Assembly (NCBI GenBank): GCA_963921275.4
Contig: OZ001293.3
Coordinates: 2,400,001-2,464,000 of the forward strand
From: an uncultured Hormoscilla sp.
GTDB lineage: Bacteria > Cyanobacteriota > Cyanobacteriia > Cyanobacteriales > Desertifilaceae
Direction: 5' to 3'
DNA length: 64,000 nt
In this document: one piece after another, positions 35,412-46,674 of the stretch
How the letters are laid out: each line of letters begins with the position of its first letter
Position numbering within the stretch: position 1 is the first letter of the stretch
Notes under the pieces: model-generated
The model's input: the letters and a program-made list of their open reading frames with translations, nothing else
Database searches by the model: none
Told to the model about the DNA's origin: nothing
Made by a program: the position numbers and the translations under genes

Positions 35412-36152
35412 TTACCTTATCACTTGCATTTCCTCTACGCGGGTGATCGCCACCTCTGCCTTTTCCAGCTTTACTGTACCGGTCCATCCCCAGCTGACCC
35501 CCACCACTCCTGCTGCACTGGCTGCCCGTCCCATATCAAAATCCGCCTGAGAATCTCCTACCATCAAGGTCTGCCCTGGTTCTACGCCCAACTGCCTACA
35601 GGCTTCCTGAAATAGTTTCGGGTCTGGCTTACTCAAGCCTGGAACCACTCCCATCTGTAAGCTTACGTAAGACTCCAGAGCGTATGTCTTAACAAAATCT
35701 TTAACATTTTCCGTGCGATCGGACGATACAATACCCACTTTCACCGCTGCTGTCCCAAGAGATTTCAGCAGTTTCGCCATACCCTCAAATATAGGCGTCA
35801 GGGTAGCCTTCCGCTGCATATACCTGTCTGCTTCGTCAAAGGCGGAACCGACAATTTCCAGAGATGCAATCCAATCCAGACCAGTTTCTGCTACGTAAGC
35901 AGCGGCAGCAATTTCATTTTCCCGACGGCTTCCCACCGCCATTAACCCCCCAGGGTTCAATTGATTTTCCTCCAGTCCGAACGCCATCAGTAGCGGTTCT
36001 CCCACACCCGGAATTTGGGCATCTATCAGGCGCGCGCGTTTCCGGCCCAGGTTGCGCAAAAAAGCTTCTGAATTTGCCAGGGTGCCATCCTTATCAAAAA
36101 TCACTGCCTCGATCTGAGGGAATGTTACCGCACCACATTTAATTCTTACCAA
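35412..36152 (-). CDS. HAD-family hydrolase
   Basis: IFDKDGTL, KPDP, MVGDSQAD. Confidence 0.9.
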   Translation of the reverse strand: MVRIKCGAVTFPQIEAVIFDKDGTLANSEAFLRNLGRKRARLIDAQIPGVGEPLLMAFGLEENQLNPGGLMAVGSRRENEIAAAAYVAETGLDWIASLEIVGSAFDEADRYMQRKATLTPIFEGMAKLLKSLGTAAVKVGIVSSDRTENVKDFVKTYALESYVSLQMGVVPGLSKPDPKLFQEACRQLGVEPGQTLMVGDSQADFDMGRAASAAGVVGVSWGWTGTVKLEKAEVAITRVEEMQVIR

Positions 36153-36223
36153 TTAACTTACTCCACTCAAATAGCTCAAAATGTAGGGTGGCACGCAATG
36201 GCCACCCTACTTCCAAGCTATAC

Positions 36224-37507
36224 CTACTCAGCCGAAACCAGCTCTGACTCCTTCTGCTCCGTCGCAGCGGGTAATTCTTCTGTCCCAGGGGGGATTTCAG
36301 AGGAAATCTCATCTGATGTCTCATCTGATGTCTCATCTGATGTTTCAGCTGCCATCTCATCTGATATCTCTGCTAGCGTTGCCGCTGCCATCTCATCTGA
36401 TGTCCCTGCTGGCGTTGCCGCTGCCGTCTCATCTGATGTCTCTGCTGGCGTTGCCGCTGCCATCTCATCTGATGTCTCTGCTGGCGTTGCCGCTGGCGTT
36501 TCCGCTGCTGTCTCATCTAACGTCTCTGCTGGCGTTGCCGCTGGCGTTTCCGCTGCTGTCTCATCTAATGTCTCTGCTGCTGTCTCATCTGCTGGTTGTT
36601 CCCCTTCCTGTTGAGAGCGCAGTTTTTGGCGATACTTTTCTGCCATTTCTTCGGCCTTGTCGTAAACCAGCTGAGGATTTTTCACCATATCCCCCGGTTC
36701 TGGCTCCAACTGTTTGGTGGAAAGTGATATCCTGCCCCGTTCCGCATCCAAGTCAATGATCATCACTTTGATTTCATCATTAACATTGAACACGCTGTGA
36801 GGGGTATCGATGTGGTCGTGGGAAATTTCCGAGATGTGCAGTAGGCCGCTGACACCGCCAATATCGATAAATGCACCATAAGGTTTGAGTCCCCGCACCG
36901 TACCGATGACCACTTCGGTGACTTCCAAGCGGTTCATCTTCCGTTCCACTAGCGCTCGTCTGTGACTCAGGACTAGCCGGTTCCTTTCTTCATCTACCTC
37001 CAAAAACTTCAGAGGTAGCTCTTCTCCCATCAGATCGTCTTTATTTTTGCGGGTACTGATGTGAGAACCTGGAATAAAGCCCCGCAACCCTTCTATTCTG
37101 ACTAAGGCTCCGCCCCGGTTGGTCGCAAATACTTGCGCTCGCACCGTTGCATCTTCGGTCTGCAACTGTCGCACCCGTTCCCAAGCCCGCATATACTCTA
37201 TCCGGCGAATGGAAAGGGTCAGTTGTCCATCTTCATTCTCATCTGTCAGGATAAAAAACTCTCGTGTCTCATTTGACTGCAACACTTCCTCGGCGGCTTC
37301 TATCCTGTTGATTGACATTTCCTGAATTGGTATGTATGCAGCTGTTTTAGCACCGATGTCAATCAGAGCGCCCCTCGGCTCCAGATTAAATACCGTTCCC
37401 GCGACTATGTCGCCGGGACTAAAGTGATAGTCGTACTTGTCGAGTAGGGCTGCGAAATCTGCATGAGTGAAGCCTATGTCTGTAGCCGTTATTTGCTGAT
37501 TGACCAT
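36224..37507 (-). CDS. rpsA: 30S ribosomal protein S1 with long repetitive acidic tail
   Basis: Three S1 domains (GALIDIGAK, GFIPGSHIS, SGLLHISEIS) then about 125 aa of A/E/T/D repeats. Confidence 0.93.
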   Translation of the reverse strand: MVNQQITATDIGFTHADFAALLDKYDYHFSPGDIVAGTVFNLEPRGALIDIGAKTAAYIPIQEMSINRIEAAEEVLQSNETREFFILTDENEDGQLTLSIRRIEYMRAWERVRQLQTEDATVRAQVFATNRGGALVRIEGLRGFIPGSHISTRKNKDDLMGEELPLKFLEVDEERNRLVLSHRRALVERKMNRLEVTEVVIGTVRGLKPYGAFIDIGGVSGLLHISEISHDHIDTPHSVFNVNDEIKVMIIDLDAERGRISLSTKQLEPEPGDMVKNPQLVYDKAEEMAEKYRQKLRSQQEGEQPADETAAETLDETAAETPAATPAETLDETAAETPAATPAETSDEMAAATPAETSDETAAATPAGTSDEMAAATLAEISDEMAAETSDETSDETSDEISSEIPPGTEELPAATEQKESELVSAE

Positions 37508-37684
37508 GCTTATTGTTTCCTGGATGATTCTACTCCTTATTTTTTTGGTGTCTTTTACTTTCTGGACGCTTCTCCGTGGGAGCCGCCCCAGCCATTAGTC
37601 CAGACATATTATCATACCGTAATTTACCCGCTGAGTGCAAGCTTTATAACTCAGCGGGTAGAATTTTTGCCAAATAATCCTGTC

Positions 37685-38284
37685 CTAGGTCGGTTTTTCC
37701 TTGTCAACCGCTACCTCAGTTAACGATCCTGGTGATGAGGCTGGCAGAGTTCCAGTTGTGACATTGCCATGATAGATGTGAGCATCTGCCGATTTTTCCG
37801 GAACGGTATCTTTGAGCAGGCGCATCAAACTTGCCATTTCCAGAGCACTCATGGCATAGTCCCAGCCGAGATTGCTTTTAATGCCCGCCCGTTCCAAGGC
37901 TTGCTGCATGGTATCCGTGGTCAACACGCCAAATATCACTGGCACTCCCGTCTGTAAGGCCGTGGCCGCAATCCCCTTGGATACCTCAGCTGCGACATAG
38001 TCAAAATGGGGAGTTTGACCCCGGATCACGGCACCCAAGCAAATTACGGCATCATAGCGATCGCTCAGCACCAGTTGACGGGCCACGATGGGGATTTCCC
38101 AACTGCCAGGCACCCAAGCATAATCTACTTGAGTGCCATTAGGATTGATATCGACCCCGTGGCGTTTCAAGCAATCTTGACATCCAGCTAACAGCTTGCT
38201 TGTGACCAGGTCGTTGAAGCGACCGATCACAATGGCAAACCGTAATGATGAAGTCCGTGAGAAGGTTCCCTCGAAAACTGTCAT
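37685..38284 (-). CDS. ribH: 6,7-dimethyl-8-ribityllumazine synthase
   Basis: [27 protein letters not shown]. Confidence 0.95.
   Translation of the reverse strand: MTVFEGTFSRTSSLRFAIVIGRFNDLVTSKLLAGCQDCLKRHGVDINPNGTQVDYAWVPGSWEIPIVARQLVLSDRYDAVICLGAVIRGQTPHFDYVAAEVSKGIAATALQTGVPVIFGVLTTDTMQQALERAGIKSNLGWDYAMSALEMASLMRLLKDTVPEKSADAHIYHGNVTTGTLPASSPGSLTEVAVDKEKPT
37789..37807. repeat. 19-nt micro-repeat inside ribH
   Basis: CCGATTTTTCCGGAACGGT (TVPEKS). Confidence 0.85.
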
Positions 38285-38398
38285 TTTATTTGTTAGTGGT
38301 CAGTTGTCCGTTGCGTAGTCCGGGCCGATCGATCGCCTGTCCCTGATGGGTCACTGGTCACTGGTCACCGCTGGTCACTGTGTACCGGTCACCACTGA

Positions 38399-38417
38399 CC
38401 GATTTTTCCGGAACGGT
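38399..38417. repeat. 19-nt micro-repeat, intergenic psbZ-ribH
   Basis: CCGATTTTTCCGGAACGGT. Confidence 0.85.
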
Positions 38418-38447
38418 TCGCACACGGCTACGCCTGCGCTAAATTGC

Positions 38448-38636
38448 TCAAGCCACCAAAAAATTCAAGGCACCGACAATAATAACTAGGAGTACCCAGA
38501 TCCCAGAGCCGAGTAAGATCAGGTTTTTGGATTGCTCGGAGTCTTCAGGGGAAGCATAGGCGACGGGTACACCCACCACCATGACGAAGGACATTATTAC
38601 CAGAGCAGCTAGCATAAGTTGGAATATGATTGTCAT
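38448..38636 (-). CDS. psbZ: Photosystem II protein PsbZ
   Basis: 62 aa, FQL...[15 protein letters not shown]...LNFLV. Confidence 0.95.
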   Translation of the reverse strand: MTIIFQLMLAALVIMSFVMVVGVPVAYASPEDSEQSKNLILLGSGIWVLLVIIVGALNFLVA

Positions 38637-38839
38637 GTTTGCTCTCCTAACAACAGCGTCTGACTGGACTATACCAGTACAGCTAGCAATCGATCGCTAC
38701 CAAACAATGATACCTCGATCGTAGACTTTTTCCTAGCCACATCTGGTAACGCCCGTACACAAACTCGGTTCCGGTCACTCAGTCTGGTACGGGGTTTGGC
38801 CTTAACCGGTGGGTGTAGAAAAGGAATTCGGAGCGACAT

Positions 38840-41554
38840 ATGGATTTAATTTTGTGCCATACCACAGCTGATTTTGACTGTTTAGGGGCAGCAGTGGGGC
38901 TAACAAGACTGAAACCAGGGTCAAAGTTGGTGCTTACTGGCGGTTCTCATCCGACTGTGCGAGATTTTTTGGCACTGCATCGGGATGAGTATGCCCTGAT
39001 CGAACGTCGGGCAGTTAATCCCAAATTGATTCGTTCTCTATCGGTGGTGGATACCCAGCAGCGCGATCGCCTGGGTAAGAGGGCGGAGTGGTTGGATTTA
39101 TCGCAGTTGTCGGGAGTAGAAGTCTACTCCCATCACCGGTCGGTCCAGGGAGATATTCGGGGGACTTATATTCAGATAGAGTCAGTGGGCGCGACCACCA
39201 CTCTCATAGTAGAACAGTTGCAGCGAGCACAGATCAGTCTCACCCCAGCAGAGGCAACGGTAATGGCTTTGGGGATCCATGTGGATACAGGTTCTCTCAC
39301 TTTTGACTCTAGTACAACCCGAGATGCCTTAGCCTTGGCCTGGTTGATGCAGCAGGAGGCCAGGTTGTCGGCGATCGCCGATTATGTTTCGCCTAGTTTA
39401 TCTGGCCAGCTGCAAGAGTTGTTAACGGTAGCGCTGGAGAACTTACAGGCGGAAACGGTAAGCGGTCACCAGGTAGCTTCGGTGTTGCTGTTAACTGATG
39501 GTTTTGTGCCGGGGTTGTCTAGTCTGGCAACGCGACTGCTGGAGTTAACCGATGCTGATGCCTTGCTGCTGGGATGTCGGTATCCTGCCAAGTCTTCCGG
39601 AGAAGAACGCTTGAGTGCGATCGGGCGATCAGGCATATCAGGCACGGATCTCAATGAGATTTTCGGACCTCTGGGAGGCGGCGGTCATGCCCAAGCGGCC
39701 TCTGTAACCTGGCGCGGAGAAGATCCACAGACAATTTTTGCGCAACTGCTAGACCAACTGAAAGCCCAAATTCCTCAACCCCTTACGGCCCGGGAGTTAA
39801 TGTCCTCCCCAGTCCGCACAATTTTACCTCAAACTACGATTCGCGAAGCAAGTAGAATTCTGCTGAGATACGGTCATTCCGGTTTATTCGTGGTGGACAC
39901 CGTTCCGGAAAAATCGGTCGGTCAGTTGGTGGGAATTATCTCCCGGCGAGATATCGATCTTGCCCTACACCACGGTTTTTCTCATGCCCCAGTCAAGGGT
40001 TACATGACTTTGAACCTGAAAACAATTACTCCTGATACCGGACTCAGAGCGATCGAGTCTCTAATGGTGACCTATGATATCGGGCGCTTGCCAGTTTTGC
40101 AAGCTGGTCAGTTGGTAGGCATTGTCACCCGCACTGATGTGTTGCGCCAGCTGCATACCGAACAGATCCAGGCCAAACCAACAGCAAAATTGCCCTTGCA
40201 AGCATGCTTGCTGCCAGAGTTGCGTTCGCGCCTCAAAGAGCAACTCTGGCATATCCTCAAGATGGCCGCCAATGCCGCTGTTAGTCGCGGTTGGCATCTG
40301 TACCTAGTCGGTGGCGCAGTCCGAGATTTACTCTTAGCAGACAGTGAGGATATAGTGCTCCTACAAGATATTGATTTAGTTGTGGATGGCTTTCACCGTT
40401 CTGCTGATGCCGGTGCAGGAGTAGAACTAGCAAAAGAACTACAACAACTCTACCCAGCGGCCCGTTTGCAAGTGCATGGACGTTTTCAAACTGCTGCCTT
40501 GCTATGGCACAAAGACCCCGAATTAGATAATCTCTGGGTAGATATTGCCACAGCCAGGACTGAATTTTATCCCTATCCAGCTGCTAACCCAGAAGTAGAG
40601 GCAAGTTCGATTAGTCAGGACCTCTATCGTCGTGATTTTACCATCAATGCCTTGGCATTGCGGCTCACGGCACCCCATGCGGGTGAATTGTTAGATTTAT
40701 TTGGCGGTTTGCTAGATTTAGATGCTAAGCTAATTAGAGTTTTACACGCCAATAGCTTTATTGAAGACCCCACCCGCATTTATCGCGCCGTCCGGTTTGC
40801 TGTCCGCTTGGGGTTTGAAATTGAATCCCAGACTGAAGCATATATCCATTATGCCATAGAAAGTGGCGTGTACGATCGCTCTGTCGCTGAAAATAGCCGA
40901 GCCCCAGCCTTAGAAACAAGGCTTAAGAATGAGTTAAAATACATCTTGCAAGCGCCTTACTGGAAACCAGCTTTACAGATATTGGGTGATTTAGGAGCGT
41001 TACGCTGCATTCATTCTACTCTGGAATTGAACGAGCAACTCTGGAAACAGATGCGCTTGGTCGATCGCTGTTTGCGGCGGTTCGGCAAATTTGAGCTGCA
41101 AATTCCCCCTTGGCAAATGCTGCTAGAAGTTTTGGTTACTCAGATACTACCAGAGGAACGGGGCAAGGTAGCGACAAATCTCCAGTTACCTGCCCAGAGT
41201 ATTGCGCGACTCAGTCAGCTTGACATTGTAGCATCAGTTGTGCTAGAAAAATTGCTCCTAAGTCAGCGTCCTAGTCAGATACTGCAACTGTTGCAACCCT
41301 ATGATGTGGCTACTTTAATTTTAATTGCAGTCGGGAGTCAGAGAAGCGTAAGACAGAAAATTTGGCGTTATTTAACGAAATTTGCGCAAGTTAAATCCCC
41401 CTTGAATGGAAAAGACCTCAAACAGTTTGGTTATCAACGGGGACCTCAGTTTAAGCAAATGCTGGATGCTTTATTGGTGGCGAAGCTGGATGGCATAGTG
41501 GGCGATCGGGCGTCAGCAGAGGCTTATCTAGCAGAACATTTCCCCCTGAAATAA
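38840..41554 (+). CDS. DHH-CBS-tRNA nucleotidyltransferase (A-adding type / poly(A) polymerase family)
   Basis: ADFD, GGGH, two CBS domains, LVGGAVRD...[17 protein letters not shown]. Confidence 0.9.
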   Translation: MDLILCHTTADFDCLGAAVGLTRLKPGSKLVLTGGSHPTVRDFLALHRDEYALIERRAVNPKLIRSLSVVDTQQRDRLGKRAEWLDLSQLSGVEVYSHHRSVQGDIRGTYIQIESVGATTTLIVEQLQRAQISLTPAEATVMALGIHVDTGSLTFDSSTTRDALALAWLMQQEARLSAIADYVSPSLSGQLQELLTVALENLQAETVSGHQVASVLLLTDGFVPGLSSLATRLLELTDADALLLGCRYPAKSSGEERLSAIGRSGISGTDLNEIFGPLGGGGHAQAASVTWRGEDPQTIFAQLLDQLKAQIPQPLTARELMSSPVRTILPQTTIREASRILLRYGHSGLFVVDTVPEKSVGQLVGIISRRDIDLALHHGFSHAPVKGYMTLNLKTITPDTGLRAIESLMVTYDIGRLPVLQAGQLVGIVTRTDVLRQLHTEQIQAKPTAKLPLQACLLPELRSRLKEQLWHILKMAANAAVSRGWHLYLVGGAVRDLLLADSEDIVLLQDIDLVVDGFHRSADAGAGVELAKELQQLYPAARLQVHGRFQTAALLWHKDPELDNLWVDIATARTEFYPYPAANPEVEASSISQDLYRRDFTINALALRLTAPHAGELLDLFGGLLDLDAKLIRVLHANSFIEDPTRIYRAVRFAVRLGFEIESQTEAYIHYAIESGVYDRSVAENSRAPALETRLKNELKYILQAPYWKPALQILGDLGALRCIHSTLELNEQLWKQMRLVDRCLRRFGKFELQIPPWQMLLEVLVTQILPEERGKVATNLQLPAQSIARLSQLDIVASVVLEKLLLSQRPSQILQLLQPYDVATLILIAVGSQRSVRQKIWRYLTKFAQVKSPLNGKDLKQFGYQRGPQFKQMLDALLVAKLDGIVGDRASAEAYLAEHFPLK
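39899..39917. repeat. 19-nt micro-repeat inside a CBS domain
   Basis: ACCGTTCCGGAAAAATCGG (TVPEKS). Confidence 0.85.
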
Positions 41555-41809
41555 AAAGCAGTTTATAGTAATCACGAAGAGTGATTTCCAGGCGCGAAGC
41601 AGGGAGAGTCGTTTGTAGCCCGATATCGGTCACCATTTAGGGTGCGGCTACACGAACAAAGCCCGCCAGCGCGGGCTAGAGTATTAAAAATTCTTAGGTT
41701 GGGTTTCGTACCTCAACCCAACCGGGTGTATCTCATTTTTGGCGTAATAGTATTATAATGAGATCGGCTAGCTTTGCGCTCAGCCATCGTCGATACTCGT
41801 AAACCAGCT

Positions 41810-42250
41810 ATGATGAATTTAGCTAAATGGTCGGTCTCCGACTATCATCGCATGATTGCAGCAGGAATAATGGGCGATCGCCGTCTCGAACTTATTGCTG
41901 GAGATATTATTGAAATGAGTCCCGAAGGTCCATTGCACAGTTCGCGCATTAGAAAAGGGGCTAACTATCTGCGCCGTATTTTCAATGATTTTGCCCTAGT
42001 TTCCGAAGCTCATCCGATTACCCTGTCGAACTCTGAACCAGAACCGGACATCGCGATAGTCAGGCTGCCAGAATCTAGATATGACCATCGCCATCCTGCC
42101 CCCGATGATATTTTCTGGTTAATTGAAATTGCCGATAGCACCTTACATAAAGACTTGCACGATAAAAAACATCTTTATGCGCGATCAAATCTCTCTGCCA
42201 GAAGGTATTTTTACTGTTGGGTCCAGAGAATCGCAGTCCGTTCTCTTTAA
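41810..42250 (+). pseudogene. Uma2-family endonuclease, C-terminally degenerate
   Basis: WSVSDYHRM, ELIAG, EPEPD, LIEIADSTL; the expected EYW motif is missing. Confidence 0.75.
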
Positions 42251-42428
42251 CTATCAGAGGTTCTGCTACCATCCATTATTCCTCAAATTCAAGTCATAAC
42301 CATTTTACCAGCCTGTCGTGTCTGGGTGCATCCCGTTTTTGTAATATAGCCCGCCCTTCGGCTAACGCAGCGCGGGCTATATTACATGCATCATCGATGC
42401 ACCCGGCTATCAACGAGCGCACCCAATC

Positions 42429-42622
42429 TAACCGGTGCCCCACTGTTGGGGTTTAAAACCTCTCGGTTGAGGTTTTAAACCTCTCGGTTGGGGTTTAAAA
42501 CCTCTCCGCTGGGGTTTAAAACCTCTCCGCTGGGGTTTAAAACCTCTCGGTTGAGGTTTAAAACCTCTCGGTTGGGGTTTAAAACCTCTCGGTTGGGGTT
42601 TTAGTGGTCTTGCACCCGTTGG
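42429..42622 (-). repeat. 21-bp tandem array x~8, same family as 21144-21375
   Basis: Unit GGTTTTAAACCCCAACCGAGA with the same flanks CCAACGGG..CAAGACC and CAGTGGGGCACCGGTTA. Confidence 0.88.
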
Positions 42623-43223
42623 CAACCGTTCACCGTTTCCTGTAAAGAGTTCCCCACTAATACAACTACTTTTGACCACACCCCTCCCTTCTCCCTTCTC
42701 CCTAACCGAGAAGTATTGGCCCCACCCTCGTTCCCACGGCTCAGGGGTTTGTTGCAGTTGGGTAACTGAGTTTTGAAGAAGCCAGTCGTCATAGTCATGT
42801 GATTGACAAAAGATCTTGGATTGCCAGATCTTTATAAAATATAGTGATCCTAAATCATTTGTGTAAACATTCTGCCAGAGCAGCGCCCAAACCATTGGGG
42901 GGTAAGGATTTCAGCCCCGTGTCCCTCGGTAGTGCAAGTAGCGCCCTGCATCTCCTCTTTTGTGCGATTAGCGCTTCGGTGGAGACGCCGCACCAGGAGA
43001 CGCCGCACCAGGAGATGCCGCACCGGGGAACACAGCCCGAACCAGATCTTGAGACTCTTCACCCCGTCCCCTTGGCTTAAGTACCATTGCCCCTAAATAC
43101 CTTTTTTCCGTGAGCCAAGTAACTATAGAGTTGTTTATCCCGTCTTCCTCTCCCCAGAAACTAATCGATTGGGTAACCAAGTTATAATAACTTTTGTTAA
43201 GATACCCAACCCCCAAACTGTTG

Positions 43224-43565
43224 ATGAATAATCCGGTTGTTTACGCATTTTTAGTTGGCAGGGCCCTAGCAGAAGCTCTCGGCGAGCAGCTACAATATAC
43301 CCTGACAGATGCCGCCAGTGCCCTGGGTAAGTTCGATGCCGAGCAACGGGAACGCTGGCGCAACTTTGCTGAGCAAGTGATGGCGCGAGCCGACCAGGCC
43401 CAAGCAGCAGCAACGCTTCGGACAAATCCGATTTTTCCGGAACGGTTCGCCGTTGCCCCCAATGGTACCCAGCCATCGGACCTGCAAGAGATAATCGATA
43501 AACTGCGGGCAGAAACCGCTCAGTTACGAGCTGAGTTGCAACGCTATCGCTCGCGCTCAGCATAA
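43224..43565 (+). CDS. Conserved cyanobacterial protein upstream of ABC1 kinase
   Basis: AFLVGRALAE...KFDAEQRE...IDKLRAE; contains the micro-repeat at 43428-43446 in the opposite orientation (PIFPER). Confidence 0.8.
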   Translation: MNNPVVYAFLVGRALAEALGEQLQYTLTDAASALGKFDAEQRERWRNFAEQVMARADQAQAAATLRTNPIFPERFAVAPNGTQPSDLQEIIDKLRAETAQLRAELQRYRSRSA

Positions 43566-43604
43566 ACTCATTCTCTCTGGACAGAGACCAAGCATTTTGA
43601 AACT

Positions 43605-45299
43605 GTGGAACCCATGGAAAAAGCCTATAACGATCGGGCTTATCGGTGGAATCGCCCCAAATATTCTCGTCACCGGCGATTCCTGGATATCTGGGCCTTT
43701 GTTTGGCTGTTACTGGGCGGATTCTGGCTGAACGGCAAACCCTGGAGCTACCAGGGTGGTATGACTTCCGACAAGAAAAAGGTCAGACGCCGCGAGCAAG
43801 CGGTCTGGATCCGCGAGAGCTTTTTGGATTTGGGCCCTACATTTATTAAGGTAGGGCAGTTATTCTCCACTAGAGCCGATCTATTTCCCACTGAATATGT
43901 AGAAGAACTCTCTAAACTGCAAGATAATGTGCCAGCTTTTGGCTACGAGCAGGTGGAGGAGATCGTCGGCCAGGACTTAGGTAAGAATATCACCGAACTA
44001 TACCGCAGTTTTGACCCCATACCCCTGGCAGCAGCTAGCTTAGGTCAAGTCCATAGGGCTATGCTACACACTGGCGAAGAGGTAGTAGTAAAGGTGCAAC
44101 GACCGGGGTTGCGGCAGCTATTTACCATAGATTTGGGCATTCTCAAGGGCATTACCCGCTACTTTCAAAATCATCCTCGATGGGGTAGGGGTCGCGACTG
44201 GCTCGGCATTTATGATGAATGCTGCCGGATCCTCTGGCAAGAGATAGATTATCTTAATGAAGGTCGCAATGCCGATACCTTTCGCCGCAATTTTCGCTCT
44301 TGTAGCTGGGTGCAGGTTCCCAGAGTGTACTGGCGCTATACATCAGGCCGCGTTCTCACCTTGGAGTACATCCCGGGAATTAAGATTAGCCATTACGAAG
44401 CACTAGAAGCAGCGGGTCTCGATCGCAAGACTTTGGCCCAACAGGGTGCCAAGGCCTATCTGATGCAAATCCTCAACAATGGCTTTTTTCACGCCGATCC
44501 CCACCCGGGGAATATTGCAGTTAGCCCAGAAGGGGCGCTGATATTCTATGATTTCGGTATGATGGGGCAGATCCAAGCGCTCACGAGGGAGAAACTCCTA
44601 GATACCTTTTTTGGCATTGCCCAAAAAGACGGAAACCGAGTGATGAATTCCCTGATCGAGTTAGGTGCCTTAGCCTCTGTCGAAGATATGGGACCGGTGC
44701 GGCGATCGATCCAGTATATGCTGGATAATTTTATGGATCGGCCCTTTGAAAACCAGTCGGTCAATCAAATCAGTGATGACTTGTATGAGATCGCCTACGA
44801 CCAGCCTTTTCGCTTTCCGGCCACCTTTACCTTCGTGATGCGGGCCTTCTCTACTCTAGAAGGTGTTGGTAAGGGCCTAGACCCGAAGTTTAACTTTATG
44901 GAGGTAGCAAGACCGTTTGCCACGCAGATTATGACCAATGGAAACTCTACGTCAGGAAATGACCTGTTTAGCGAACTTGGCCGTCAAGCTGCCGAGGTGA
45001 GTAATACGGCCTTGAGTCTGCCGCGACGCCTGGAGATGACCCTCGATAAGCTAGAACAGGGAGATATCCGCCTGCGGGTCCGTTCTACGGAAACAAATAG
45101 GCTGATTAGACGCCTCAGTAGCGTTAATATGGCAACTAATTATGTATTGTCGATCGGTGCTTTGACATTATCAGCTACAATACTCTTTGTCAGCGGTTAT
45201 CCAGGGTTAGCGGTGGTGGTGATGGCAGGAGCGACAATATTAGCAGTCGTTCTGTTCCGCCTGCTCCGCTCCATCAGCCGTCTGGATCGTATGCCTTGA
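43605..45299 (+). CDS. ABC1/AarF/UbiB atypical kinase
   Basis: LGPTFIKVGQ, AAASLGQVH, VKVQRP, FFHADPHPGN, DFGM. Confidence 0.93.
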   Translation: MEPMEKAYNDRAYRWNRPKYSRHRRFLDIWAFVWLLLGGFWLNGKPWSYQGGMTSDKKKVRRREQAVWIRESFLDLGPTFIKVGQLFSTRADLFPTEYVEELSKLQDNVPAFGYEQVEEIVGQDLGKNITELYRSFDPIPLAAASLGQVHRAMLHTGEEVVVKVQRPGLRQLFTIDLGILKGITRYFQNHPRWGRGRDWLGIYDECCRILWQEIDYLNEGRNADTFRRNFRSCSWVQVPRVYWRYTSGRVLTLEYIPGIKISHYEALEAAGLDRKTLAQQGAKAYLMQILNNGFFHADPHPGNIAVSPEGALIFYDFGMMGQIQALTREKLLDTFFGIAQKDGNRVMNSLIELGALASVEDMGPVRRSIQYMLDNFMDRPFENQSVNQISDDLYEIAYDQPFRFPATFTFVMRAFSTLEGVGKGLDPKFNFMEVARPFATQIMTNGNSTSGNDLFSELGRQAAEVSNTALSLPRRLEMTLDKLEQGDIRLRVRSTETNRLIRRLSSVNMATNYVLSIGALTLSATILFVSGYPGLAVVVMAGATILAVVLFRLLRSISRLDRMP

Positions 45300-45340
45300 T
45301 ATATTGTTAAATTGCTGTTTTCATCTGCCAACTCTTATTT

Positions 45341-46081
45341 ATGAAATGCTTCTTTAAAGGTCTAACTGATACAGGAGTTGTCCGTTCTGTCAATCAAGAT
45401 CATTACTATTGTGATGGGGAAGGGCGATTTTTTATCGTGGCAGATGGAATGGGAGGCTATACGGGCGGTCAAGAAGCAAGTCAGATAGCAACTGCCACCA
45501 TTGCCAGTTATCTGCTCGACAAGTGGGATAGTTCCGACCCATCCCCAAATCTGCTGGAGGAGGCGTTAAAAAAGGCAAATCAAGCAATCTTGCTCGATCA
45601 ACAGCAGCATCCAGAACGATCGGATATGGGAACAACCATCGTGGTGGTGATGTTTAGAGAAGATCAACACCGACCCTGGTGTGCTCATATTGGAGATTCT
45701 CGCCTCTATCGGTTGCGGGGACATGACCTAGAGCAAATTACTGAAGATCATACTTGGGTGGCCCGTGCTGTGAGTTCGGGCGATCTCAGTCCCGATCTGG
45801 CCCGGACTCATCCTTACCGTCACGTATTGTCTCAATGTCTGGGTCGCGATGACTTGGACGAAATCGAAGTCCAATCCCTAGACGTGCAAGCAGGCGATCG
45901 CCTACTTCTTTGCAGTGACGGATTGACTGAAGAACTATCTGACCACCAGATTGAGTCTACACTCAAAACCATTCGCGCCTGTGACAAAGCTGTCCAAACT
46001 CTGATTGACACCGCCAAAGAGAAGGGCGGACGGGATAATATCACTGTAGTAATTGTGATGATTGACGACAATTCCTATTGA
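45341..46081 (+). CDS. PP2C-family Ser/Thr phosphatase (PphA-like)
   Basis: NQD, VADGMGG, HIGDSR, LCSDGL, GGRDNIT. Confidence 0.92.
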   Translation: MKCFFKGLTDTGVVRSVNQDHYYCDGEGRFFIVADGMGGYTGGQEASQIATATIASYLLDKWDSSDPSPNLLEEALKKANQAILLDQQQHPERSDMGTTIVVVMFREDQHRPWCAHIGDSRLYRLRGHDLEQITEDHTWVARAVSSGDLSPDLARTHPYRHVLSQCLGRDDLDEIEVQSLDVQAGDRLLLCSDGLTEELSDHQIESTLKTIRACDKAVQTLIDTAKEKGGRDNITVVIVMIDDNSY

Positions 46082-46420
46082 AAATTGTTGCAAATTAGGG
46101 AATGATAGGGGTTGTTGACGATCAGTTGATGGTCATAAATATTTATATATGACTAGACGATAGTCTAATGCTACACGCACTTCTTATTAGCAATTAGCAA
46201 CCATCATCCCGAAAAGACAGAACTAACCTCAGAAACAATCAGTTTCTGGGGTATTTTGTTCGTTATGAGCATCTTTACTCATAACAACTTGCTAAAACTA
46301 AATTAGTTGCTGGTATCGAACTATGGTCAATATGTCAAATAATTGTTATATTTTGTAATATGAAGAGCCCAATTGACTCTGGCCATAGGATTAGAGCATC
46401 ATTTCATTTGGGAGAAAATC

Positions 46421-46603
46421 ATGAATCAGCCTATAGAACTGTCTTTGGAGCAGCAATTTTCCATCCGCTCTTTCCAGAGCCAAGTGCAGAAAATGAGTCG
46501 GGAGCAAGCTCAGGAATTCTTAGTCAAGCTCTATGAGCAAATGCTCGTGCGCGAAAATATGTACAAGCAGTTTATCAAGTACGAGTGGGGATTGGAACCT
46601 TAG
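46421..46603 (+). CDS. nblA: Phycobilisome degradation protein NblA
   Basis: LSLEQQFSIRSF...MSREQAQEFL. Confidence 0.93.
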   Translation: MNQPIELSLEQQFSIRSFQSQVQKMSREQAQEFLVKLYEQMLVRENMYKQFIKYEWGLEP

Positions 46604-46674
46604 CTCCGAGATAGAGATTAGGGTGATAATGTAGGAGAGTCCGAAATTTACCAAACCCTAAAATTGTAGCTCCT

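Noticed and set aside
41640..41725. Short intergenic hairpins (also near 4460, 33240, 36183, 42345) as ncRNA genes
   Set aside because: They look like ordinary REP-type palindromes with no further support
42983..43027. 15-bp x3 repeat GGAGACGCCGCACCA as a functional element
   Set aside because: Single short occurrence with no supporting context
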